Assembly (NCBI GenBank): GCA_963777505.1
Contig: CAVZQN010000004.1
Coordinates: 160,001 to 224,000 of the forward strand
Length of the DNA: 64,000 nt
From: an uncultured bacterium
GTDB taxonomy: Bacteria; Acidobacteriota; HRBIN11; JAKEFK01
Reading direction: 5' to 3'
Under the pieces are notes generated by a model, which had not been told where the DNA came from, searched no databases, and worked only from the letters and a program-made list of their open reading frames with translations. The position numbers and the translations under genes are program-made. Within the stretch, counting starts at the first letter, position 1; every line of letters starts with the position of its first letter. Below are positions 11,601 to 20,388 of this stretch, one piece after another.

Positions 11601-11915
11601 GCCGGCTTCAAATACATTGCATACATTTTCGTGCTCTACGCTGGCTTGAGCACGAGCTTCGCGAAGAAAACGCTGAACCAGTCCTGGATCATCACTGCGC
11701 AAGAACTTTAATGCAACAATACGCCCCAAACGTGTGTCCTGCGCTTTATAGACACGTCCCATTCCTCCTTCACCGATATAAGAAAGGAATTGATATCTAT
11801 CCCAGGATTTGACGGGAAAACTTGAATCTTGATTGTTCTGACTGGAGGTTGAGTTGGACGCCCGTGTTTCTCGATTATAAACATCGGGCGAAATGTTCCC
11901 CTTACCCTCACTCAT
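8643..11915 (-). CDS. Hanks-type Ser/Thr protein kinase with TM helix and TPR repeats
   Basis: IGEGGMGRV, VALK, HRDIKPGN, DFG, YMAPEQ. TM LVAVSSLAVIAVLML. Repeated AYNNLGNSY-type TPRs. Confidence 0.93.
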   Translation of the reverse strand: MSEGKGNISPDVYNRETRASNSTSSQNNQDSSFPVKSWDRYQFLSYIGEGGMGRVYKAQDTRLGRIVALKFLRSDDPGLVQRFLREARAQASVEHENVCNVFEAGEVEGRQYIAMQFIDGKTLSQISSEMTMDQKVKLMKDAAEGLHAAHRLGLIHRDIKPGNIMVERRDDGSFRPYILDFGLVREIQSDAFTLTGTAIVGTPGYMAPEQAWGEVQKLDRRVDIYSFGATLYELLSGTPPFAANSTMEILRKLLEEEPQTIRKVMQNIPADLETIVMKCLEKEPERRYESARALGDDLQHYLNGEAVVARKASIAYRISKKVKKHRTLVAVSSLAVIAVLMLGGHGIRMQLHARQQQLLAQRFGQQVERMDAIMRIGHTIPLHDTRREKELIRSNIREIQSQMKKLGTAAQGPGNYAIGRGYLSLNDPVLASKYLTKSWDANYREPEVAYALGLSYGKLYQKELDNVETIRNKEVREARRKEIEKKYRIPAVSYLRLSNAAQTAAPEYAEGLIDFYEKRFDQALAKSAAALKKIPWLYEAKLLEGDIYMSIGNDRRGSGNASGAMDAYKKVEAAFLEASKIGESDVEAYTGLCSLWTNVMYTHIYSSGENLQGSLDKAKISCGQALKADPERASLYTRLSNAHWLWAEYQRQHGQDPTPALNDAVSLAQTAAKLDPLDALAYKNLGTAYQLMGNRLEFRNEDPVPALNLAIDSYSTALKINSEDFAVYNSLGNTHAISGDYKRKSGNDPRTDYNEAIKVFERGIKINPKFAYIYSNLGVTYKDLAQYEIGRGLNFREHLNLAIHNYKKAIELKPDDAYAYNNLGNSYKIQANEELRSGGDPRAASQNATAVLNKSIQINPEYATPRSNLAEVYRILARYEFSKGQSKTSYIDESLKQLNEGFRIKKDDPGYQIDMALTHMLSAEIHWGTEKASLSLTEAKAAMKKAAELEAPDNYYHQRLGELFTLEGRDLIRRNKSAKVEFQKARNAFETSIKLNPNNPYTYLGLAELCSWEASVSNGAKVDSLLDEGFKSIQTALSINPALAEGYAIRGVLYRHKKETNKDSQTASRESIQKALEMNQNLKREYASFL

Positions 11916-11967
11916 GCTAAAGATACCCCCTCACATTTCACCATAAATGAGCAAACTTCTCAAATGC

Positions 11968-12040
11968 GTAGGGGCGGGTCTAAGACCCGCCCGCGTTACA
12001 AGTGGCGATTACGACGGTCGGGACTTAGACCCGTCCCTAC
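11968..12040. repeat. GTAG-family REP doublet (inverted pair, REPIN-like)
   Basis: GTAGGGGCGGGTCTAAGACCCGCCC (11968-11992) and inverted variant GGTCGGGACTTAGACCCGTCCCTAC (12016-12040). Confidence 0.85.
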
Positions 12041-12061
12041 AACGGTGGTAAACTTCAACGC

Positions 12062-14149
12062 ATGCCGAGGCAGCACAGAACGCAGCCGGGAGATCCATCA
12101 CCATTAGGCGCGACGGTGATGGAAGGTGGAGTAAACTTTTCGCTTTTTTCGCAGCGTGCTGTTTCTGTCGACTTGCTGCTTTTCGAAGATTTTGACGATC
12201 CGGAACCATATCAAATCGTCACGTTTCATCCTTTTCACAACAAGACCTTTTTTTACTGGCACATATTTGTTGAAGAAATGTTCGCTGGCCAACTCTATGC
12301 TTTCCGTGTGGATGGACCTTTTGATCCGTTCGAAGGACATCGCTTCAATCGAAATAAGATTTTAGTCGAACCTTATTCAAAAGGTGTTGTCTATGGCGGT
12401 AATTGGTCGCGGCAGGATGCAACCCATGCGTACCCCAACACACAATCTGCAATGAAAAGTCTTGTTATCGATTCATCACTCTACGATTGGGAAGGCGTTG
12501 TTTCCCCGAATATTCCGATGAATGAAACGGTTCTCTATGAAATGCACGTTCGTGGTTTTACGCACCATCCTTCATCCGGTGTGAAACATCCAGGCACGTT
12601 CGATGGCCTGGTTGAGAAGATTCCATATTTGAAAGAACTCGGCGTAACGACTGTGGAGTTACTTCCGGTTCATGAGTTTGATGCTACTGAATGGAATTTT
12701 AAGAATCCAGAAACTGGAAAGCCGAATACAAATTACTGGGGTTACAACACGATTTGTTTTTTTTCGCCTCATCGTCCGTATTACACGGAAGACTGGGAGA
12801 ACATGTCATACACAACAGGTTTTAGAGACATGGTAAAGGCTTTTCATCGAGCCGGACTGGAAGTAGTTCTGGATGTAGTCTTCAACCATACCTGCGAAGG
12901 AGATGAGCGTGGGCCTACGATGAGCTTTCGCGGTTTGGAAAATTCTGTTTACTACATGCTTGAACGCAATGACAAGCGCAAGTACAGCAATTATTCCGGA
13001 TGCGGAAACACAATGAATTGTAATCATCCGATTGTTCGCCGCATGATCCTTGACTCGCTTCGATACTGGGTTCAGGTCATGCATGTCGATGGTTTCCGTT
13101 TTGATCTTGCTTCCATTCTTTCACGTGATGAGAAAGGTGAACCGATGGAAAATCCGCCATTGCTGTGGGAAATTGAATCGGATCCTGTGCTTCAAAAGAC
13201 GAAAATTATTGCAGAAGCATGGGATGCAGCGGGTCTTTATCAAGTTGGAAATTTTCCCGGTGAACGATGGGCTGAATGGAATGGCCGTTATAGAGATGAT
13301 GTCCGCCGTTTTCTGCGTGGTGATTCCGGGATGGCCGGTGCAACAGCTTCAAGAATCGGCGGCAGTGCGGATCTCTACGAACGTTTGGGAAGGGAACCGT
13401 ATCAAAGCATTAACTACATTACCTGTCATGATGGCTTCACCTTAAACGATTTAGTTTCTTACAACCATAAACATAACCTGGCGAATGGTGAAAATAATCG
13501 TGATGGTTCGAATGACAATTACAGTTTTAACTGGGGAGTCGAAGGGGCGTCACAGGATTCAGAAGTCGAACGGTTGCGCGGAAGACAGATTCGAAATTTC
13601 GCCACAATTTTGCTGCTTTCCCAGGGCACACCGATGTTGCTTGCAGGAGATGAATTTCGGAGAACTCAGAAGGGCAACAATAATGCGTATTGTCAGGATA
13701 ATGACATTAGCTGGATCGATTGGTCTCTTTTGGAACAAGAACGCACGATGTTCCGTTTTTTTCGTGAGATGATCCGGTTCAGATTGTCACATCCAGCTCT
13801 CAAACGCAGTAATTATTTTTGGGGCGAACGAGATGCGCGGGGATGGAGCGAGATTAATTGGCATGGAATAAAAATCGGCAAACCTGATTGGGGTTATGAT
13901 TCACATTCTCTCGCATTCACACTTTCAGGTCTTGGCCGCGATAACGATATTCATACAATGATTAATTCCTGGAGAGAGCCGCTTGAATTTGAACTGCCAG
14001 TACTCTCACCAGGGCAAAATTGGCACAGATCGATTGATACTTTTCTTGCTTCGCCTGAGGAGATTGCAGAACCAAATCATGAGGTGCGCATTACCTCGCA
14101 GAGCTACAAAGTTTATCCGTATTCCATTGTCGTACTCATTTCTAAGTGA
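12062..14149 (+). CDS. glgX: Glycogen debranching enzyme (GH13 isoamylase)
   Basis: PLGAT...GVNFS, YEMHVRGFT, NYWGY, DVVFNHT, VDGFRFDLA, IAEAWD, ITCHDGFTL, GNNNAYCQDN. Confidence 0.95.
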   Translation: MPRQHRTQPGDPSPLGATVMEGGVNFSLFSQRAVSVDLLLFEDFDDPEPYQIVTFHPFHNKTFFYWHIFVEEMFAGQLYAFRVDGPFDPFEGHRFNRNKILVEPYSKGVVYGGNWSRQDATHAYPNTQSAMKSLVIDSSLYDWEGVVSPNIPMNETVLYEMHVRGFTHHPSSGVKHPGTFDGLVEKIPYLKELGVTTVELLPVHEFDATEWNFKNPETGKPNTNYWGYNTICFFSPHRPYYTEDWENMSYTTGFRDMVKAFHRAGLEVVLDVVFNHTCEGDERGPTMSFRGLENSVYYMLERNDKRKYSNYSGCGNTMNCNHPIVRRMILDSLRYWVQVMHVDGFRFDLASILSRDEKGEPMENPPLLWEIESDPVLQKTKIIAEAWDAAGLYQVGNFPGERWAEWNGRYRDDVRRFLRGDSGMAGATASRIGGSADLYERLGREPYQSINYITCHDGFTLNDLVSYNHKHNLANGENNRDGSNDNYSFNWGVEGASQDSEVERLRGRQIRNFATILLLSQGTPMLLAGDEFRRTQKGNNNAYCQDNDISWIDWSLLEQERTMFRFFREMIRFRLSHPALKRSNYFWGERDARGWSEINWHGIKIGKPDWGYDSHSLAFTLSGLGRDNDIHTMINSWREPLEFELPVLSPGQNWHRSIDTFLASPEEIAEPNHEVRITSQSYKVYPYSIVVLISK

Positions 14150-14191
14150 CTTCCGCATTATTGCGGTCTAAATTGTTTACGAGGAGGCATT

Positions 14192-14932
14192 ATGATTCGC
14201 ATATCGATTGCAATTCTTACAATTGTTGTTGTCGCCATTACCGGAGTTGCTGCGCAGCAGGCGCATAACATTATTCATGGACGCAATTCGGATGCCCCTC
14301 CAAATGTAAGTTTAACAATTCAGGAACCTGCTGAAGCTCAAGTTGTGACAGGTACCGATGTTACAGTGAAGTTCAAAATTGAAAACTGGCGTCTGTATAA
14401 AGAAGGCGAGCACGGTCAGCACATCCATTTCATTCTGGATAATGAGCCATACGAAGCCCATTACAGCAATGATCCATTTGTTTTTAAAAATGTAAAACCG
14501 GGCCCGCATGTAATTCGAGCATTTCCGAGCCGTCCATGGCATGAATCTGTGAAACAGGAATCAGCATTTGCCATGGTTCAATTTTGGGTCGGAGAAAAGA
14601 CAGGGGAACCTTTAATCGATCCAAAAGCGCCAATGCTTGTTTACAGCAGACCCAAAGGTGAATATTCAATGATCAAACCACCGCATGGCCAACCGCATCC
14701 TGGGATTTTAATTGACTGGTTCGTGAAAAACGTGGATCTCGGAAGTCGAACCGGTTATATGGTCCGAAGTACAATCGATGGAGAATCTCACACATTTAAA
14801 GAGTGGCGTCCACATTATGTTCAAAGGCTGGGTGAAGGTCAGCACACAATTAAACTTGAACTGTTAAAAGATGGACAACCAGTTGAGGGAAACTTTAATT
14901 CAACTCAACGTACAATAACAATTAATCCTTAG
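14192..14932 (+). CDS. Secreted hypothetical protein with two Ig-like/DUF4399-like domains and a His cluster
   Basis: Signal peptide. GEHGQHIHFILDNEPY, GPHVIRAFPSRPWHES, second repeat GQHTIKLEL. SD GAGGAGG. Confidence 0.7.
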   Translation: MIRISIAILTIVVVAITGVAAQQAHNIIHGRNSDAPPNVSLTIQEPAEAQVVTGTDVTVKFKIENWRLYKEGEHGQHIHFILDNEPYEAHYSNDPFVFKNVKPGPHVIRAFPSRPWHESVKQESAFAMVQFWVGEKTGEPLIDPKAPMLVYSRPKGEYSMIKPPHGQPHPGILIDWFVKNVDLGSRTGYMVRSTIDGESHTFKEWRPHYVQRLGEGQHTIKLELLKDGQPVEGNFNSTQRTITINP

Positions 14933-15221
14933 CGTCTTCGCGGTTCAATTCCTGTTTGTGCGCAGCAAGAAGGGTTTTTAAAGAGCGGATTTTAATCCGG
15001 CCTTCGGCATATTCAATCAAAAGAGTCCGTTCAAATTCGCTTTTGATTTCAGTGCTTTCCCAAACCTTAATCTTTTCAATCAAACGATCTAATCGCAGCC
15101 GGATTGTTGGATAGCTAATATCGTAATGTTTGGCGATTTCTTTTAAGGAACCAGAGGACAAGAGAAATCTTTTTACGAACTCGACTTCTTCATCGTCCAG
15201 CTTCTCTAACCATTTATTCAT
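14922..15221 (-). CDS. DUF2089 family HTH protein
   Basis: EFVKRFLLSSGSLKEIAKHYDISYPTIRLRLDRLI matches the DUF2089 signature (GSLKE...SYPT.R.RLD). Confidence 0.85.
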   Translation of the reverse strand: MNKWLEKLDDEEVEFVKRFLLSSGSLKEIAKHYDISYPTIRLRLDRLIEKIKVWESTEIKSEFERTLLIEYAEGRIKIRSLKTLLAAHKQELNREDAKD

Positions 15222-15229
15222 TTTATTAA

Positions 15230-15262
15230 TTTTAACTTTAATAAAGTTAAAAATAAAGTCAA
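15230..15262 (-). promoter_or_regulatory. Putative sigma70 promoter with palindromic operator upstream of the DUF2089 gene
   Basis: Perfect inverted repeat TTTTAACTTTA-A-TAAAGTTAAAA (15230-15252) overlapping minus-strand TTGACT-N16-TAAAGT. Confidence 0.5.
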
Positions 15263-15287
15263 ATTAAAATTTAACAATGTAATGATG

Positions 15288-15312
15288 GTAGGGGCGGGTC
15301 TAAGACCCGCCC
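15288..15312 (+). repeat. GTAG-family REP (identical to 11968 and 41406 copies)
   Basis: GTAGGGGCGGGTCTAAGACCCGCCC. Confidence 0.85.
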
Positions 15313-15326
15313 GAAGCTAAGATTAT

Positions 15327-18053
15327 TTACGGGGCTGAAGAATCGAGTACTTGAACTTCGCCTAGATTGAGTTCTTTGATTTCCGATTCAATCTTTTTGC
15401 GATCACCGACTACTACGATCAACATGCCATCTTGTTTAATGTGTTCTTTCGCAGCATTAGTCGCTGAATCGGGGGTTACAGCCGCAATTTTTGAAAGATA
15501 GCGGCTCCATTCATCATCTGGCAAATTGTACAGATAGATATTGGAAAGCTGGGTTGCGATTCCAGAAAGAGTCTGGAAATTCTGCGGATATCGTTTTGTG
15601 ATATTACTCTTGCTGTCTTCGATCTCTTGCGGTGTCAATGGGCGTGTCGTTGAAATTTCTCGAACCTCTTTTAGCAATTCAATGATTGATTCTTTGGTGC
15701 TTTGTGTTTGAACGGGAGCCGATGCATAAAAGGGTCCGAATGATCGAAGCGGTAAAAAGCTTGAACTCGCGCCGTACGAAATACCTTTGTTCTCGCGCAG
15801 GTTCATGTTGATCCGGCTCGTAAATTTTCCACCCAGAGCATTGTTCACCAGCATAAGAGTCTCAAAATCCGGATCATCACGTCTGATGAATACTTGACCT
15901 ACCACGACCATACTTTGCGGCGCTTCTGGTTTGTCTACGATATAGACTTGCGTGTTTGCAATTCTGGGAGGTTCCGGAATTGATTGATTCTTAATATTTC
16001 CTTGTTTCCAGGAACCAAAAGTCTTTTCAAGTTTTGCTACTGCCTCATCCAACGTCAAATCGCCTGCGATCACAATCGCAGAATTATTTGGAAAATAGTT
16101 GCTTCGGTAGTAGTTCACCAAATCATCGCGTTTGATTTCCTTGATAGAAGCTCCGGTACCTGTGCCGGTGAAAGGTTGTCCGTACGGATGCTCTTTGCCG
16201 TACAGAGTGCGCATGAATGTAATTAATGCCGATGTTCCTGGCTGTTTTGATTCTTGCGCAATCCTACCTAAATATATTTTCCTCTGGCGTTCCAATTCTG
16301 TTTCTGGAAAAGTGGGATTCAACACAATATCCGACATCAATGCCAATCCTTGATCCAGATTCCGTTTCAAGATATTGAGATTGACGCGGGATCCATCAAA
16401 CGTGCTGCTTGTGCTGAGATCTGCTCCAAGATTCTGCACGGCTTCTGAAATTTGTAAGGCATTGCGTGTTGGAGTCCCTTCGTCAAGCAATTCTGCAGTC
16501 AGCGACGCAATTCCGGGACGATTCGCAGGATCATTTCCCCAGCCACTTTTTAAAACGAGGTTGGCTTGTACAAGCGGCAAACCATGATCTTCAACAAGCA
16601 AGAGTTCGATTCCATTTGACAATTTTGAACGTTGAATTTTCGGTGGAGCATAAGTTGGTTCTGAACCGGGTGTTGGTTCAATCGTTCGATCCAGAGCGTC
16701 TTTTGGCGCATCTAATTTTCCTTGCGGAAGTACTTGCAGAATTAATCGTTCATTGAGATTCAATGATTTTTTTGCGTGCTGAAGGATGTCTGATGCGGTT
16801 GTATTACTATACCGATCTAAATCCCATTGAAATTTTCCCGGATCTCCAAGCATTGTATTGTAGGCATTCAGGCGATCCGCTCTTCCGCCAAAACCGCCGA
16901 CTTGTTCAAGACTCCGAACAAAATTCGCTTCAAAATTGTCTTTAGCTGATTTTAGTTCAGCTGTAGTTACACCCCGTTCCAGAATCGTTTGCAATTCAGC
17001 ATCAATGTGTTTTTCGAGTTCTTCTAATGAGACTCCTTCGCGAGCTGTAACAATAATTGTGAATGTACTTCCAAGTTCATTGGAATCCTGAGTAGCATCA
17101 ACATCTTGTGCAAGCTGCTTTTCGTAAACGAGTGATTTATATAAACGGGAACTCTTACCATCGCTAAGAATGTTGGCAAGAAGATCGAACTCAGCATCGC
17201 CCGGTTTGTAATGTGCCGGAGAGTGCCAGCTCATATAGAGACGGGCGAGGTTTACATTATCTTCAACATTCACACGGCGAATTCCATCTAGTCGTGGAAT
17301 CCAGCTTTCTACGCGATCAATCGATGGGCCGGGTGGGAGCGGTCCAAAATATTTTTCAATCCATTGTTTAGCTTGTGCCGGATCAAAATCTCCTGCGACA
17401 CATAAAGAAGCATTGTTGGGCGCGTAGTACATGCGGAAAAACTCGGAAACATCATCAAGCGATGCCGCAGTTAAATCTGCCATACTTCCGATGGGTGTCC
17501 ATGAATATGGATGTCCTTGCGGATACATCAAAGGCGGATAAAGATCGAAGACTTTGTTATAGGGCTCATTTTCAAGTCTCTGCCTGCGTTCGTTTTTAAC
17601 AACATCACGCTGAGTGTCCAGTTTCTTTTTATCCATCGCCGGCAGCAAAAAGCCTAACCGGTCTGCTTCCATCCATAACACTTTTTCAAGATAGTTTGGC
17701 GGAATGTTTTCCCAATAATTTGTTCTATCTTCTGATGTGGAGCCATTCCTCACACCACCAATTTCATCAAACGCAAAGTCTTTGTTTCGATTTTTAGATC
17801 CTTGAAACATCATATGTTCAAACAAATGTGCAAAACCGGTACGACCAGGCTTTTCATTTTTTGAACCAACGTGATACCAAATATTTACGGATACTATCGG
17901 AAGGGAATGATCCTCGTGCAGAATTACCTCGAGGCCGTTCGAGAGGCGATATTTTTCAAACTTCACCTCAGGAAGGGAGGCTGCATGGCTCTGGGTATTA
18001 GCCAGCAGGATTCCTGCAATGACGAGGAACAGTAATGCATTCAACTGCCTCAT
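15327..18053 (-). CDS. M16 family zinc metallopeptidase (pitrilysin/PqqL-like, two-lobed), exported
   Basis: Signal peptide. Inverted zincin HLFEH. Second lobe catalytically degenerate. SRINMNLRENKGISY. Confidence 0.93.
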   Translation of the reverse strand: MRQLNALLFLVIAGILLANTQSHAASLPEVKFEKYRLSNGLEVILHEDHSLPIVSVNIWYHVGSKNEKPGRTGFAHLFEHMMFQGSKNRNKDFAFDEIGGVRNGSTSEDRTNYWENIPPNYLEKVLWMEADRLGFLLPAMDKKKLDTQRDVVKNERRQRLENEPYNKVFDLYPPLMYPQGHPYSWTPIGSMADLTAASLDDVSEFFRMYYAPNNASLCVAGDFDPAQAKQWIEKYFGPLPPGPSIDRVESWIPRLDGIRRVNVEDNVNLARLYMSWHSPAHYKPGDAEFDLLANILSDGKSSRLYKSLVYEKQLAQDVDATQDSNELGSTFTIIVTAREGVSLEELEKHIDAELQTILERGVTTAELKSAKDNFEANFVRSLEQVGGFGGRADRLNAYNTMLGDPGKFQWDLDRYSNTTASDILQHAKKSLNLNERLILQVLPQGKLDAPKDALDRTIEPTPGSEPTYAPPKIQRSKLSNGIELLLVEDHGLPLVQANLVLKSGWGNDPANRPGIASLTAELLDEGTPTRNALQISEAVQNLGADLSTSSTFDGSRVNLNILKRNLDQGLALMSDIVLNPTFPETELERQRKIYLGRIAQESKQPGTSALITFMRTLYGKEHPYGQPFTGTGTGASIKEIKRDDLVNYYRSNYFPNNSAIVIAGDLTLDEAVAKLEKTFGSWKQGNIKNQSIPEPPRIANTQVYIVDKPEAPQSMVVVGQVFIRRDDPDFETLMLVNNALGGKFTSRINMNLRENKGISYGASSSFLPLRSFGPFYASAPVQTQSTKESIIELLKEVREISTTRPLTPQEIEDSKSNITKRYPQNFQTLSGIATQLSNIYLYNLPDDEWSRYLSKIAAVTPDSATNAAKEHIKQDGMLIVVVGDRKKIESEIKELNLGEVQVLDSSAP

Positions 18054-18098
18054 ACTTTTCTCCTGAATTCAATTGAACTTTATTTTGTTGCCATAAAT

Positions 18099-18125
18099 GA
18101 CGAGACCAACCTAAAAAAGGTTGCG
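18099..18125 (-). promoter_or_regulatory. Candidate ECF-sigma promoter for the M16 peptidase
   Basis: Minus strand CGCAAC-N17-CGTC, about 45 nt upstream of the ATG. Confidence 0.4.
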
Positions 18126-18215
18126 ATTTCTGGCTGGATCAATAATGATAACGTTCAGCTCCAAATATTGGTAGAGGCGGCTTTGTCGCCCTCCTGAAAT
18201 TGAGGGGTTTGTCGA

Positions 18216-18737
18216 ATGCCAGGTCCATTTTTAGAAGTTTTGAAAGAAGAGGAGTTTTTCTCAAAAATTCGTGACAGGATTGCCTGCGTAATCTCAAAAA
18301 GAATTCATTCTGAGGATTCCGAAGACGTTATCCAGTCGGCGATGGTTGAAATCCGAAGCCGGATCCAGGAATTCAAGGAAGGATCGGATTTACTCCCTTT
18401 AGTTTGTGAAGTACTGAGAAATTCAATTCGCGAATACTATCAGCAGAAGAAGCGTGAAGAAAAGGTGTTGGAATTTTCGCCGGATGCTATGTACTATTAC
18501 CAACCCGAAATCGGCAGCGAAGGCTGGCAGGAAATTGCAAAAAAGGGGATCACTCAACTGAAAGAAGAACAACCGCAACACGCGGAATTGATGAATGCGA
18601 TTTTGCAGTCATCGAACATCAAAAGCCTTTCCCAAAGAATGAAAGTTGAAAAATTGAATCTCTATCGGATGATGTCACGGTGCAGGATTAGCTTGTTAAA
18701 AATTGTAACTGAGAATTTGAAAATTTCGTTACCTTAA
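18216..18737 (+). CDS. Divergent ECF-type RNA polymerase sigma factor
   Basis: Region-2-like EDSEDVIQSAM...VLRNSIREYY and C-terminal HTH ending SRCRISL. Directly upstream of a zinc anti-sigma gene. Confidence 0.7.
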   Translation: MPGPFLEVLKEEEFFSKIRDRIACVISKRIHSEDSEDVIQSAMVEIRSRIQEFKEGSDLLPLVCEVLRNSIREYYQQKKREEKVLEFSPDAMYYYQPEIGSEGWQEIAKKGITQLKEEQPQHAELMNAILQSSNIKSLSQRMKVEKLNLYRMMSRCRISLLKIVTENLKISLP

Positions 18738-18740
18738 AAA

Positions 18741-19340
18741 ATGACTCCAACTGAAACTCACGATTTGATGGCGCCCTTATTGTCCGCTTATGAATTGAAC
18801 ATGTTGGACGCCGAAGATCGAAAGCAAATGGCAAATCACATTTGCCACTGTGACGAATGTTTCGAAACGTTTTATCGATTTATTCCAGTGAATTCCGGGT
18901 TACTTCAAATCAAGAAATCGGAAACCGTAAAGGCTCCTGAAGTAGTACAGCATCGGAGGTGGCATTGGCTTCTGACTGCGATCATGGCGATGCTCCTTGT
19001 CATGGCGTTTTGGTTGTTCCGGCAGAGTTCCAAACTACAAGAAGAGATCATGAAAGGAGCCGCTCAAATCCAATTGATTTCCCCCCCGAATCATCAGGAA
19101 GTTCAATCGCCTGTCGTATTTCGATGGGAAGAAGAGCCGGAAGCAGAATTTTATAAAATCTATGTTTTCAAAAACGAAATTATTTTCGTTGAAGGAGAGC
19201 ATGTCAGCTCTCCGCAATTTGAATGGGTACCGCCTTCCACGGCAAAACCAGGAAAGTATCAATGGAAAGTGGAATCCTATTTCAGTGATGGTACTCGCAT
19301 TCGTGATTCAGTTACCTTCGCAATAAAATTAGAAAACTAG
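18741..19340 (+). CDS. Zinc-binding anti-sigma factor (zf-HC2) with TM helix and Ig/FN3-like extracytoplasmic domain
   Basis: LLSAYEL...NHICHCDEC (HxxxCxxC), TM WLLTAIMAMLLVMAFWLF, LISPP...FRWE...GKYQWKV. Confidence 0.8.
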   Translation: MTPTETHDLMAPLLSAYELNMLDAEDRKQMANHICHCDECFETFYRFIPVNSGLLQIKKSETVKAPEVVQHRRWHWLLTAIMAMLLVMAFWLFRQSSKLQEEIMKGAAQIQLISPPNHQEVQSPVVFRWEEEPEAEFYKIYVFKNEIIFVEGEHVSSPQFEWVPPSTAKPGKYQWKVESYFSDGTRIRDSVTFAIKLEN

Positions 19341-19345
19341 GATTT

Positions 19346-19362
19346 ACCGCAGAGTCGCAGAG
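19346..19362 (+). repeat. Short intergenic repeat, ACCGCAGAGnCGCAGAG family
   Basis: ACCGCAGAGTCGCAGAG. Relatives at 20368, 24316, 25495, 33989 and 50824. Confidence 0.6.
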
Positions 19363-19366
19363 GTCC

Positions 19367-20350
19367 TCAATTCACAGCATCGTATGCCACTTCGGCATTT
19401 TGTTTGAGTCGATCAGCATAGCCGCGATAATCCTTGTATTGAGGAAAATCGAGTTCTTTCACGAAAGCTTCTTTAGATTTGCCGGCAGCTTTTGCTTTCG
19501 TTGCAGCATCTAACAAGTCCTGAATGTATTGACGAAAACCCTTCAGTCCCGCAAGATCCGTTACCTCGCCATGACCCGGAATGATCGTTACGTTCGCCGG
19601 AACACGTGCGATCACTTTATCAAGAGACGTTAGATATCCTTTTGGCGAGCCGCCGCCTTCCACATCAATAAAGGGAATTGTTTTATGAAAAAACATATCG
19701 CCCATGTGGAGCACATTCGCTTTTTCAAAATAAACGACACTATCTCCATCTGTATGTGCAGGCGGTACATGCCAAACTTGAATCGTTTCACCACCCAAAT
19801 AGATCCGGAACTCAGAATCAAATGTCAAAAAGGGCAGAGGGATCTCTTCTACTTTCACTTTTTTTGCCCACTCGATTTGTTCTTCCATATATTTCACACG
19901 ATCGGCATTGCCTGCTTTACGGGCTTCTTCAAGCAGAGCCGGAAATTCCGCAAGAATATCCTTTGGAGAAGCAAGCATACGTTTCCGTACATTGTCATGT
20001 GCAAGGATCATCGCAAACTTTAAAAAATATTCATTGCCGCCTGTATGATCCCCATGATGATGAGTATTTAATAAATACTTGATAGGACGATCCGTTACAC
20101 TTTTGATTTTTGCTTCAATTCCTGGGGCAAGATCACGAAATTGTGAATCAACAACAAAAACCGATTCCGGGCCGACAAAAAATCCTATATTGCCTCCGCG
20201 TCCGTATAAGGCATAAACAGACCCCGCTAGTGGCTTCAATGTAAAAGGGTCTTTTGGGGTTTGTTCATGATGTTGAGTTTGCGTTTGTGTTTGAGCAAAA
20301 ATTGAAATCGGGATAAAAACCAACAGCAGAAAGATTATTCTTCGAATCAT
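19367..20350 (-). CDS. MBL-fold metallo-hydrolase (cyclase-like), exported
   Basis: Signal peptide. THHHGDHTGGN (HxHxDH), AHTDGD, MGDMF, IPGHG. Confidence 0.9.
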   Translation of the reverse strand: MIRRIIFLLLVFIPISIFAQTQTQTQHHEQTPKDPFTLKPLAGSVYALYGRGGNIGFFVGPESVFVVDSQFRDLAPGIEAKIKSVTDRPIKYLLNTHHHGDHTGGNEYFLKFAMILAHDNVRKRMLASPKDILAEFPALLEEARKAGNADRVKYMEEQIEWAKKVKVEEIPLPFLTFDSEFRIYLGGETIQVWHVPPAHTDGDSVVYFEKANVLHMGDMFFHKTIPFIDVEGGGSPKGYLTSLDKVIARVPANVTIIPGHGEVTDLAGLKGFRQYIQDLLDAATKAKAAGKSKEAFVKELDFPQYKDYRGYADRLKQNAEVAYDAVN

Positions 20351-20388
20351 TTGATTCTCCTTTTTTTACCGCAAAGACGCAAAATGTT

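Noticed and set aside
19367-20350. MBL-fold protein as an antibiotic-resistance beta-lactamase
   Set aside because: It has generic HxHxDH and GDMF motifs of the cyclase-like group, lacks the B1 Cys ligand, and has no mobile context.
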